Assembly (NCBI RefSeq): GCF_009914755.1
Contig: NC_060932.1
DNA length: 64,000 nt
Reading direction: 5' to 3' (one strand)
Source: the human T2T-CHM13v2.0 reference genome, Homo sapiens
In this document: positions 1 to 11,900 of the stretch, one piece after another
Layout of the letters: every line of letters starts with the position of its first letter
Numbering within the stretch: position 1 is the first letter of the stretch
Notes under the pieces: model-generated
Seen by the model: only the letters and a program-made list of their open reading frames with translations
Databases searched by the model: none
What the model was told of the DNA's origin: nothing
Translations under genes and position numbers: made by a program

Positions 1-149
1 TTCTACCCGTTTTTGGAGCTTTTCCTCTGTCTGCAGTTTCTCAAAATAATCAGCTCAAAATAATCATCATGCTAAACAGGCTTATTTTGGGGTGGCATAT
101 TCTGGTCTCCTAGAGTCATATTTTGGGGTGGTATATTCTGTTCTCCCAC
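1..149 (-). mobile_element. ERV1 LTR 5' end (MER34/MER39-like), cut by the window edge
   Basis: Reverse complement reads TGTGGGAGAACAGAATATACCACCCCAAAATATG, with this motif present twice. Confidence 0.55.
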
Positions 150-667
150 AGTAACAAACATTTAACAAGGCCCTTCAACTTAGAAATGAAAAATATCTCT
201 AACAAACAAGCCTGGGTTTAAGCAGAAATGGAAACCTTAATTGCAAAATTTTTTTTTTCAGTTACAAGAATGAAAACATGATATAATCACTACATTTCAC
301 AGTTAAAATGGAGATGACTCACTTATTAAAAGAAATAAATTTTTAGAGACAAAGTCAACAATATTTATTATTAAATGCTTAATAAATTATCTAATAAAAT
401 ATTAAATACTTAATTCATTATATAATAACCAATATTTATTATTAAATACTTGAGAATAAAAGTAAAGGAATTAAACTTCCAATTCAAAAAGCGAGAAAAA
501 GAAAATCCTATATAAAGAAAGCATTAAAAAAATACAGGTTAAAACAGAAATTAACAGAAAAACCTTTGAAAAAGGCAGAGAAATAGACAAACCAGACTCT
601 AACTTAACTACGGAAAAATTGAAAAATCCACAAATTCACAAAATAAGAAATGTCATGGGGAAACTAG

Positions 668-1286
668 TGCAGGGGCAGAAAGGTGTGATACCTTTCCTCA
701 CCCATCGTAAAACTCATGGCCAACACTCCTATAACAAAAGACAGGTTAAAGGACAAAAGCATAAAAAATTTATGTAATTAAAATTTTAGGTGACACAGGA
801 CACTTCAGAAATAAAGACCCAAAGACCAAGAGAAAGCTGTCTATTTTTATACTTTGGTTCAATGAAAGCTAGCTGTGTGATTGGACAAAAAGGGTATTAT
901 CTAAGAATAGTAGACTGATGAGGAAAAAGCAGCAAGCCCTGTTGGGATTCTTCTTTGCCTCTCTGGGTAGCATTTCTTCCTCCTGGATGTGGGGCAGGAC
1001 CCCTTCTGGAATGAGGGTCTTATGGTCAGATAAGGTAGGTTAGAATTTCTTTATGGAAAGGTCGGGGAAGGGTAGAGTAACATTTCTAGGATTTTTTGGC
1101 TTGCTTTGGGCAAGAGGGATTCTGGTTTCTATGACCCAACTTGGGGAAGAAGAACTCTGATTTCTATGGGTCAGTTTAGTGGGGAATGAGGGGAGAGAGC
1201 CAGGAGGGAAGAAGTTCAGAGAGACCTTGGTTCTGAGGCTGCTTCTAAGAGCCACACTTTGGCATATTATCTTCTGAGCCCCAATA
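668..1286 (-). mobile_element. ERV1 solo LTR, MER31/MER67-like
   Basis: Terminus reverse-complements to T(A)TTGGGGCTCAGAAG. Internal GAAGCAGCCTCAGAACCAAGGTCTCTCTGA motif. Approximate 4-bp TSD ctag/ccag. Confidence 0.65.
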
Positions 1287-1747
1287 CCAGTCATTGAAAC
1301 ACAGGGTATTGAACAAAAACCATGAGAGCTTACTTTGCACAACTTTATGTAAAATACATTTTAAAATGTAGATGGAGTGTATAATTTCTTAGGAAAATAC
1401 AATTAATCAAAATTGACCCTAGTAGACATTAATGCACCATACTGGACCAATTTCCATAAAGGTAGAGGATGTTATTAGACATCAACTCTGTAAAGAACTA
1501 CTGTACCCAGATAGTTCAAAGAGGCAGCTTTTCAAAGTCTAGATAATTCTAACCTTCTGAAATATAGACTAGGAAATTCAAAATTCTTCTTATGACACAA
1601 GAATAACACTAATGAATAAATACAGATAAAGAATCAAACCAATTTTACTTATGAATATTGATGCAAAAGTCAAAAAAATTAGCAAAGGGAATCTGACAGC
1701 ACATTTTAAAATAATGAATAATGACCAATTGGATTATTTTGTGTAGG

Positions 1748-2192
1748 TGTTAAACAAAATTATGGGAAGCCAGTGTTTGGGACTGAGCTCCTGCTTTAGA
1801 CGCCAACAAACCAAACCAAAATGGAGCCACTCATGATAAGTGCCACAGAATAAAACTGAAACCTGAAGGAATCAGGTAGATCCACAAACAGAGCTGTTTT
1901 TCCTGAAAATAGGAGATTCACAGCAACCAATCAGAGAGGGCCCAGTCAACCTCAGACAGTGTCAAAAGGAAGTTTCTTCTGCTTTAACCCTTACAAGAAA
2001 AAATAAACTGAAGTAACCTGTTGGTAACCAACCCACTTTTTTCTGTTTCCCTGTTCCCACCTTCCAAAAACCAACTGCTCTGTCATGCCTAGTTGGGCGC
2101 TCATTCTATAGAAAGAAATGCTGCCTGATTCTAAAATGGCAAACAAAAATCAGATTTTTAAACTATATTCCTTGTAATTGTGTCTTTTGACA
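1748..2192 (+). mobile_element. ERV1 (MER4-group) solo LTR
   Basis: TG...CA termini (tgttaaac...ttttgaca) with a perfect 4-bp TSD TAGG (1744-1747 / 2193-2196) and an ACCAAAATGGAG motif. Confidence 0.8.
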
Positions 2193-2689
2193 TAGGTTTG
2201 ACCTAGAAATATAAAATGGTTAAAAATTAGAAAATTTGTCCATATAATGCACCATGTCGGTAAAGTTAGGGGGAAAATCATACAATTATCTCCACTGGTG
2301 TATAAAAAGCTTTAACAAAATGTAATACCCCTTGCTGATATAAACACTTAATAGGAATTGCAGAAATTAAATTTACCTGACATGAATTTAAATTGTCACA
2401 TGTGGTTAGTGGCTACCACACTGGAAAATGATGTTTCTAGAGGATGAAGATCTTAACAAAAATAGACAATATAAATGATAAATGATAATGTTCACCTCTA
2501 TGTGCAAGCTAAGGGTTAGCAAAGTAGCCTTCTCCAAAATTCTGCTGAGTTAAATTACAAAGTCAACACACACAGTGGATGAGCCCAGGTATGTGCTAAA
2601 GGCATAATTCTTTCTGGGCCAGAAGCAGGAAAAAACCAGCTGACAATGATGATTAATGGAATGAATGATGTTAATAAAGTAATGTTAGT

Positions 2690-2915
2690 TAATACTGTTT
2701 ACCATTATTATAGCAAGGGCTTACTAAGGGCCACGTGCTGGGCTGTTTTGTATGCACTGCCTCATTTAAGCCTCATAACAACCCTATGAGCTAGGTGTTC
2801 TCATTTTTGAATGTGAAAACAGGTACAGATCAGGTAACTTGCCCGAGATCACTTAGTCCATAAGTGGCAGAGTGGGGAGTTATAGGCAGGTTCTCTGGAC
2901 TCCAAAATCTCTGTT
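2690..2915 (-). mobile_element. MIR SINE
   Basis: ctcatttaagcctcatacaaaccctatgag...aggtaacttgcccgagatcac core. Confidence 0.7.
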
Positions 2916-3084
2916 CTTATTCTAATTTGACTTCCACTGTACATCTGCCTGAAGGAGAAAATGTTTGTCACCACAATACCTGTGTTCCAGGCCACGTGAT
3001 GGTTTTACATCCATTACTGGCATTTAGCTTTACACTTCATTTCCTTCTGAGTTTGATCAGTGTGAAGAAGTTTCTGCAGGCGCA

Positions 3085-3274
3085 GAAACGGGGTGATCTG
3101 GAATTCTGGCTTCTATGCCGCAGTTTGGGTGAGTGTCAGGGTGAGAGACAGCAGGGCAGGAGGTAAGAGAGACTTGGATTGAGGCTGCTTCTGAGGCCTT
3201 CCAATCTCCCTTAGTTCAAAGCACTCAGCATGTCAAAGCGCCATATTTTAGGGTATCATTTTGTGAGCCCCAAC
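3085..3274 (-). mobile_element. MER31-like ERV1 LTR 5' fragment
   Basis: Reverse complement TGTTGGGGCTCAC...GGCGCTTTGACATGCTGAGTGCTTTGAACTAAGGGAGATTGGAAGGCCTCAGAAGCAGCC. Confidence 0.65.
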
Positions 3275-3375
3275 ACCTCCGTAAGTCTGAAAAACCAAAG
3301 ATATTGCCAGTATCCCCTTTCAAGCTGAGAAAGGGAAAATTCATGAGGAAATGCTACCCTAGGAGGCCTCCTGGG

Positions 3376-3551
3376 TAGAGCTGCCAGATAAAATACAGGA
3401 TGCTCAGTTACATTTCAATTCCAGATAAACAATGAGTACTTTTTTTTTTTTTCTTTCATGAGGATGTTCCAAACATTGCATGGGGCATACTTCTGCTAAA
3501 AAAGTATCTTCTTTATCTGAAATTCAAGTGTTACTGGCCATCCTGTATTTG
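3376..3551. mobile_element. MER53 hAT MITE (quasi-palindromic)
   Basis: aaatacaggatg ... catcctgtattt inverted arms with internal cagataaa/tttatctg. Confidence 0.75.
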
Positions 3552-4219
3552 ATCACAGTTGTATTCCCAGGAGACTACCAGGTAAGTGTTCCCTGGTTAT
3601 ACTCTTCCAGACCGTGAGTGCATTTTGCAAATTGTAGCGGTGTGGCCAGAATTCTGTAAACGGTGTGCTTACCAGAGAATTAGCTCTAAATAGCCAGGGA
3701 AGGTTGCCTAGAAAGGAGGAACAGGTTGTCCTTAAAGCATGAGTGGGAACATGCACTGCATTCCATTTCAGGAGGGCCAGGCCAGGCCAGGTGCCTCAAG
3801 GTGGATCCGTGGGGATAAGCAGCGAGGGAGGCTTACTTCTAGACGGGAAGAATGGGCCAGGGCTGAGTCTCCTTCACTCCTACATACAGGGAAGCCCTCT
3901 GGCCATCTGAGTAGCACTCTCCAGTTAACATTTCATTCCACAGTGGGGATAGCCTCGTCTCCCTTCTTCACAAGGACAGTTAAGAGATGCAAGTGACAGC
4001 GGGCAGCATTGCACCAAGCACAAAAATGGCGGAAAACTCCCTGTTGCCCTTTGTGAGCATGAAGGGCTTCGGTAGCCATGGAAGTTACTCTAAACAGTGT
4101 GTCTCAAACTTTAGGGGCATCAGCATTTCCTGGAGGGCTTGATCAAGCACAGATGGCTGGGCCCCATCCCCAGAGTTTGTGGTTCAGTACGTTGGGATAG
4201 GGCAGAGAAGTGCATTTCT

Positions 4220-4583
4220 TTGTTCTTATTTTTTAAAACTTTTAGGTTCAGCGGTACGTGTGCAGGTTTGTTATACAGGTGAACTCGTGTCACAGGGGTT
4301 TGCTGTACAGATTATTTCATCACCTAGGTACTAGGCCTAGTGCCCAATATTTATTTTTTCGGATCCTCTCCCTCCTCCCACCCTCCACCCTCAAGCAGGC
4401 GCCAGTGTCTGTTGTTCCCTTCTTTGTGTCTGGGTGTTCTCATCATTTAGCTCCCACTTATAAGTGAGAATATGCGGTAATTGGTTTTCCATTCATGTGT
4501 TAGTTTGCTAAGGATAATGGCCTCCAGCTCCACCCAGGTTCCTGCAAAGGATGTGATCTCATTCTTTTCTATGGCTGCATAGT
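4220..4583 (-). mobile_element. 5'-truncated L1PA13-15-like 3' end
   Basis: ttttaggttcag...gtgcaggtttgttatacagg...ctcccacttataagtgagaa...tatggctgcatagta, with short TSD atttct. Confidence 0.85.
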
Positions 4584-4884
4584 ATTTCTAACCATTTCTC
4601 AGGAGATGCTGCTACTGTTGCTTCAAGGAGCACACCTTGGGAATGCTTTAAAGCGGGGCTTCTCACAATTGAATGTGCGTACACATCACCGGGAGAGCAA
4701 GTTAAAACGCAGCATCTATCTGACTCACTAGGTCTGGGAAGGGGCGTAAGATTGTTCTTTTCCCACAAGCTCCCAGAGATGCAGCAGGAGCAGGCTGAGT
4801 TGCCAAACTCTAGGGAAGTGGTTTTCAATCCTGGCTGCGCATGTTAGAATGACCTGGGGATCTTTTAACATTTCCAGAGAAGCA

Positions 4885-5152
4885 AGATGTGGAGGCTCCC
4901 ACGTCATCCCAGCGCTTTGGGAGCTCAAGGTGGAAGGATCGCTCGAGTTCAGGAGTACAAGACCAGCCTGGGCAACATAGTGAGATGCCACCTCTAAAAA
5001 AAATTTTGAAAATTATCTGGGTGTGGTGGCATGCACCTGTGGTCCCAGCTACTTGGGAGGCTGAGATGGGAGGATTTCTTGAGTCCAGGAGTTCAAGGCT
5101 GTGTGAGCTATGATCTATGATGTCACCACTGCACCCCACTCTGGGTGACAGA
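4885..5152 (+). mobile_element. AluJ (degenerate)
   Basis: ggaggatttcttgagtccaggagttcaaggctgtgtgagctatgatc J-type diagnostics. Confidence 0.85.
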
Positions 5153-5639
5153 GCTCACCCCAGCCACAGTTCAGGCCAATTTAATCAGAATTTCTTGGGT
5201 GAGACCCAAGTATTTGGATTTTTAAATCCATGGGATTCCAATGCAGAGTGAAAGTGACTATTTTTATTGCCAGTTCTTCCCGGATGACACCCATACATCC
5301 TATTCCCGTGAGTGGAATCATTGCTTCTTCAATCTGAAGCTGACAAAGTTGGTGGGTCAGAGCTCTGACTTCTGTAGTTCAAAACAGAAGATGTTGAGGT
5401 GTGTTCAAATGCTGCAGCATGTCTGAAGAAGGGGGCCTGATGCAGGCTTTTCCTCTCTGTAAAATGGTGTAAATAATAGAGCTGCATCAGACTTACGCAA
5501 AAAGATTATGCCAAAAATTCATGCTAAGTGTTCAGCACAGTGCCAGGCTCAGACAATATTTGTAATAATATTGTCTATCATCATAATAATCCAACCACTT
5601 ACCCAAAGCCTCACTCAGTTCTCAGTATTTCCACCTGAG

Positions 5640-7260
<1,621 letters not shown>

Positions 7261-7464
7261 GAGTTGCTTGTTGTATCCTTATTCTATTTATTCCTTATGC
7301 AATTTAATTTGCTCTACGTTTAATTTCCCCCTATGAGTTATCAAATATCTCTATAGTCCCACTGGTGCTGTTATTAACTGTGCAATACAGAGAATACAAC
7401 AGGATACAAAACCCCCCACCTCCAGAGGACAGGCAGCTGACAAGGAGGGATTCGTATTTGAGTT

Positions 7465-8148
7465 TGTGATCTGAGAGACTGAAATAGACACTCTTTTATC
7501 AACTAAGATGAACCCTGAGGTTAAGGGAACAAATTTATCTGCTGTGGAGGCTTTAGGGCCTGACTAGCACGGCCCCTAAATTCCTATGGCTACAAGAAAA
7601 ACCACATTCTTGATAAACTCCCTAACACTAAGAGCTACAGACAAATTGTCTGACCCTTTCTAACTCTGAATTATTAATACAACTACTACAATGCTGATTG
7701 GAAAGAAGACCAGCCTTACGAACATTCTTTCCTGGTAAGAAACTGCAGAGCTCAAACCAGTTTCAGCAGGTTCTAGAGACTGTGCACAAACTTAGTATCC
7801 TATAGGCCACCTTTCAACATGAAGAGCCAAATTACACCTCATTTTAATGCTAACACCTTGCCCTAAAATGAACGTAGGGTGTATGCTATGCATATATTTA
7901 CCTATTGCACATGCGCTCGGCTCCCCACATACATATGGATAGCTTTTCCTCCAAACCCACTGCTGAATATGTATGACTCTATTGTGTAATACAGGCCCTG
8001 TGAGGCATAAAAACCAACCTTCCCTTCCCTCTTTGAAGAGAGAGGACCTTCGGTATACTTCGGAGACCACTCTCCGAGTTTGCAAACTGATATGGCCAAT
8101 AAAGCTCTCCTTTCTACTAGTCAGCCATCCTGGTGGTCTTTAGACACA
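7465..8148 (+). mobile_element. ERV1 solo LTR (MER66/MER73-like)
   Basis: TG...CA ends, TATA-like cataaaaa near 8007, AATAAA at 8098-8103, ERV1-type U5 gccatcctggtggtcttt. Confidence 0.7.
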
Positions 8149-8820
8149 TTTCACATTCCAAGCTGGAGTGAAAGCGAAGGGATGGTAAAGGATATAGCTC
8201 TCCCAATCCCCACAATGCTTTGATTTCTTTGAGATTTACACCTCATAGCAATTTTGATCTCTGCCATACATCATGTTCATTTGTGCTGGAGAGGCTGTAA
8301 CCAGTGATCTTGTTTCAAAAAGTCCAAATCCCCCAACATAAGACATCCTTTCTAATATTTAGAAGTGAATAGGATGGCATTTTATTTTTGAATTTCCAAG
8401 TCAACGGATCTTACTTTTAACATTAGGTTTGATGAAAAGAGTAAAAAGGTACACACCAGGCAGAGTAAGGCAGTGATTTGGAGATCAGCATTTGCATTTT
8501 AGGACAATAACTAGCTGCATGGTCTCTTTGCCTTGATGAGAAATAAATGGGAATGCAAATGGCTCTTGAAATTGCTTCTAAAAGTTTATTTTCTCCTCCC
8601 CTGCTCAAAGCCCCTTAGTGAAGACAACAGATCTCTGAAGTGTTCAAACACAAATCTTCACAGAAATGTGTGGAGGTGAGTCGGTGTTAGTCTGATTTTC
8701 TCACCACTGTGTTCAACCACTCTGGTGACATCTTTCAATGTGGGGCTTGCGGTTGTGTTTTTATGGAGGCAGGCAGAGTGTGGTGTTATTTGATTTTTAA
8801 AGGTATTATTATAGCTGCTT

Positions 8821-8912
8821 AAATAAGCAAATAAAAACATTCCCTCAAATGATTGAAATTTGTTGGATTTATTTCTTTCTAAAGTTTGTACATTTACATG
8901 TATCATATACAT
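8821..8912 (-). terminator. Distal cleavage/polyadenylation site of PSD3
   Basis: On the minus strand: UGUA cluster (TGTATATGATACATGTAAATGTAC), AATAAA at 8873-8868, CA at 8855-8854, then U/GU-rich TGTTTTTATTTGCTTATTT. Confidence 0.8.
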
Positions 8913-11900
8913 ATTTTAAATCCTTCACTATTTTGCGTGATTTCTATTACATAAAAACCATTTAAATGCAATAAATTTTGTTGCCGTAAAACAACAAAAT
9001 ATCCCCAACTTATAAAAACACAGGAACAATTATATTCATAAACATTTACACAATAAATGTACTCTATATATCACAGCTTCTATACATATCAGGTGACTCA
9101 CTTGTCTACAAGGTTTAGATTTACTTGAACAACAGTGAAATAGGGTAATATTTATATACAACTATTTTAATAAAAAATAAAGCAATTGTAAAATGTAAAC
9201 TTAATTGTCAAAATATTCTTTAAACACTTTAACAATATCCACACAAATTACTGTTCCATTCAAAAGAAGACCACCACAAACGCCATCGTTTTCTAGAAGA
9301 CGGCATTTCCAGAATCTGGTAGGTGGTGATGAGGAACAGGTTTCCAGTACGTGTTATAGTACCGCCAGCTTACCCAAAACTGCTAATGCCGACAGTTTCG
9401 CCATTGAAAAGGAGCAGGCTGCTATTTTGTCACTAATTACTTTCACAATTTGCAGGGGACATATGGCACCAGGACTGCAATAGAACTGAAATGATTGGTG
9501 GAGAAAACTTTGAAGGTAAAGAAATGTTCCACAATGCCAATTAGTTTGAGCCACAGTGAATATAACTCAGTTATTATAATAGGCTGGAAAAGTTAAAAGC
9601 TTCTTTTATATTAAAAGATACAAATTATCGCCTTTCTGCCTGTCCTATGGTAATCAAGGCTGACAATATAAATTCTCCGCTAGTGTACATTTAGAAATGG
9701 GTTCCTAAAGCTTGAGATATAAGAGACTGCAGGGAGGTGGTTAGGCCTTTACCTAACAGCTCTGATCTGGACTGAACAAAGCTGCTAAGCTAGCACTTGA
9801 GTATTCCTCGACCCTTCCCCTAGAAAGGAAACGTTAGCCATTTCCAGGAATCTGGGTGTGGAGGCAAAGATATCGTCCGTCCGTAGTTAGAACTCAGGGT
9901 GCCAGTTTGTTTTTTGCAAAGGTAAAATACGTGGTGTTAACTTCACTCAGAGAATCTTTGTCATGACGTTTGTTCATGTGCCACGCTCAGTGACTCAGTC
10001 ACTCTCGGAGTTGATACCTTGCCTCAGCAGGGTCACGCTATCAGGACACCTGGATCCCTAAAGCAGGGGAAGTGGCATTTGAAACCCAGGCTGTCCTTGC
10101 TGCTCAGTAGAAGCCTGAGTGAAGTGGCGGCCGGGGGAGAGGTTCCTCTTTGCAGAGATGATGTGTTATCACCACTCTCTGCAGGGCTCTGGTGTTCAGG
10201 ACTCAGAGCAGTGAGCCTCAGACCTGCAGTGTGGTCCTTAATCGAGCCTTGGGCTGGGACTCTTCTAGGAGCGCCTGAAGACTTATTTATGGCGACCGAT
10301 GGGAAAATATTAAGTGAAACTCCAAAATTCTCTCCATTAACCAACATTTTCAGGAATTGAAGTTAGGGTGCTTATTTCTATAACACTATTCCTAAGAGCT
10401 TAGCTCTCTGCCCTGCAAAGGGAAATGCATTTTAGTTCGGTTCCTTTCCATTTCCATCCTCGCTGTTGTTGCTGATGGAAAAGTGCTCAACTGCTCAGCA
10501 TGTTCAGTCGGAGCTCTCTTACCAGTAAAGCTCAGAGGGGAGTGTGGACAAGGCACATCAGTGCTCCTACAGGAAGTGCCTCCTTGTTTCTTCACTTGTA
10601 CTCCTCTCTCAAAGGAATGATCTGCAGAGCAAGCAGCTCTGCCACCTTGGAAAATGATGCACACCAGCTTCTGGGACTTCACCCAGGCTACGGAGAGATG
10701 CTGGAGAGCTGCTGCTTGTGAATTACAAGAAAGCCTTCAATTTGGTGGTCCACAAGAAAGAATGTGATATGGATCCCCTCATTTATGTGTTAAAAATATA
10801 ATGCATCTCAAAGTCAGACACTAGAGCTCAGATTCCACCCTGGCCCTTGGAAAACATCTGTGATGCAGTTTCCACCCCCTCTGTTCATCACCTCTTTAGA
10901 ATATTCTGGCTCTTTGCATCTTAAGGTCTTATGTTTGTATAACTTAAAACATTCACTGTGTGTGCATGTGTGCAAGCATGTGTACACATGTCAGAGGTCC
11001 CAGACATGTCAACTTTTCTCCTTATACACCTAAGGGGACAGTCAACTGGTTCTGAATCTCAGGAGGAGAGGACTAACCACATGCATGGTTACCCTAAATG
11101 GAAAGCAACCACTTTACTGTCCCCTAAGCTTCAATTTGGTCTAATTACTCTTGTTCCTACAGTTTTACAAAAGTATCTTAACAGCATTAAAAATCAATGT
11201 GCATATATATACTCTCTCTAGAGTAGATATTATTATCCATATCAAATGGTTACTTGGCTTTATAAACTCCATGGCTTTATGTTTAAAGTCCAAACATTTC
11301 AAATGGTTAAGGCCCAAAAATGAAACGTTTTGCTTCTCCTACTCCTTTTCTACATGATTTTTGAATCAAATGGCTGTTTCTGCAGATCACAATAATTCTT
11401 AGAAGGAAATGCTCTCGCAAAACTAAGACCCTGCCAATCATTCACAGAGCCAGTCCACTGCACGTCAAGAACCAATTAGGAAAAATGATATATTTGCAAA
11501 AATAGTTTGAGACTATAGAGTTAATTAACAACAACAAAAAAATGCCTCAAGTGTAACTACCAACACATTACTGCAGCCTGGAGCTGAAGTTAGTCTCCCA
11601 CCCCACAATTCAAACTCTCTGAATCAGCTACAAAGACACGAGGCAGTGTGTTTAAACAAAAGACACTGCACTCAGCCACTCACTCAAACACACTCAGTCA
11701 CTGCTTTAAATATACCAAACATGCTGGTTAATAAAATTTTAGTCTCTAGTTACCTATTTACACTCTATAATATAAGCAGTAAGCTCAAACAACTAAGGCC
11801 AGTGGCTCTTCTTTGGGGAGAGGCAGGAAAAAGAGACCTAAGTATAAAAATATTTAAAATAAAGTTTAAACCTGGTCCTGAAATTCTTTTACCTGTGACA

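Larger units (their letters stand above)
150..2360 (+). mobile_element. Ancient L1M ORF2 fragments interrupted by two solo LTRs
   Basis: A-rich degenerate L1 ORF2 motifs, e.g. caactttatgtaaaatacattttaaaatgtagatg...ttcttaggaaaatacaa and cttatgaatattgatgcaaaa. Confidence 0.55.
4090..5250. mobile_element. Cluster of three MER5A/MER5B hAT-Charlie elements, hosting an L1PA fragment and an AluJ
   Basis: MER5-type starts near 4095, 4652 and 4817 (e.g. agtggttttcaatcctggctgc). MER5 sequence resumes after each insertion. Confidence 0.65.

Noticed and set aside
3376-3551. Long hairpin as a novel miRNA precursor
   Set aside because: Explained by the palindromic MER53 MITE; no expression evidence is available from sequence alone.
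10019-10721. Paired ORFs on both strands inside the 3'UTR
   Set aside because: Locally higher GC makes ~100-codon ORFs likely by chance; mostly non-ATG starts and no homology I recognise.
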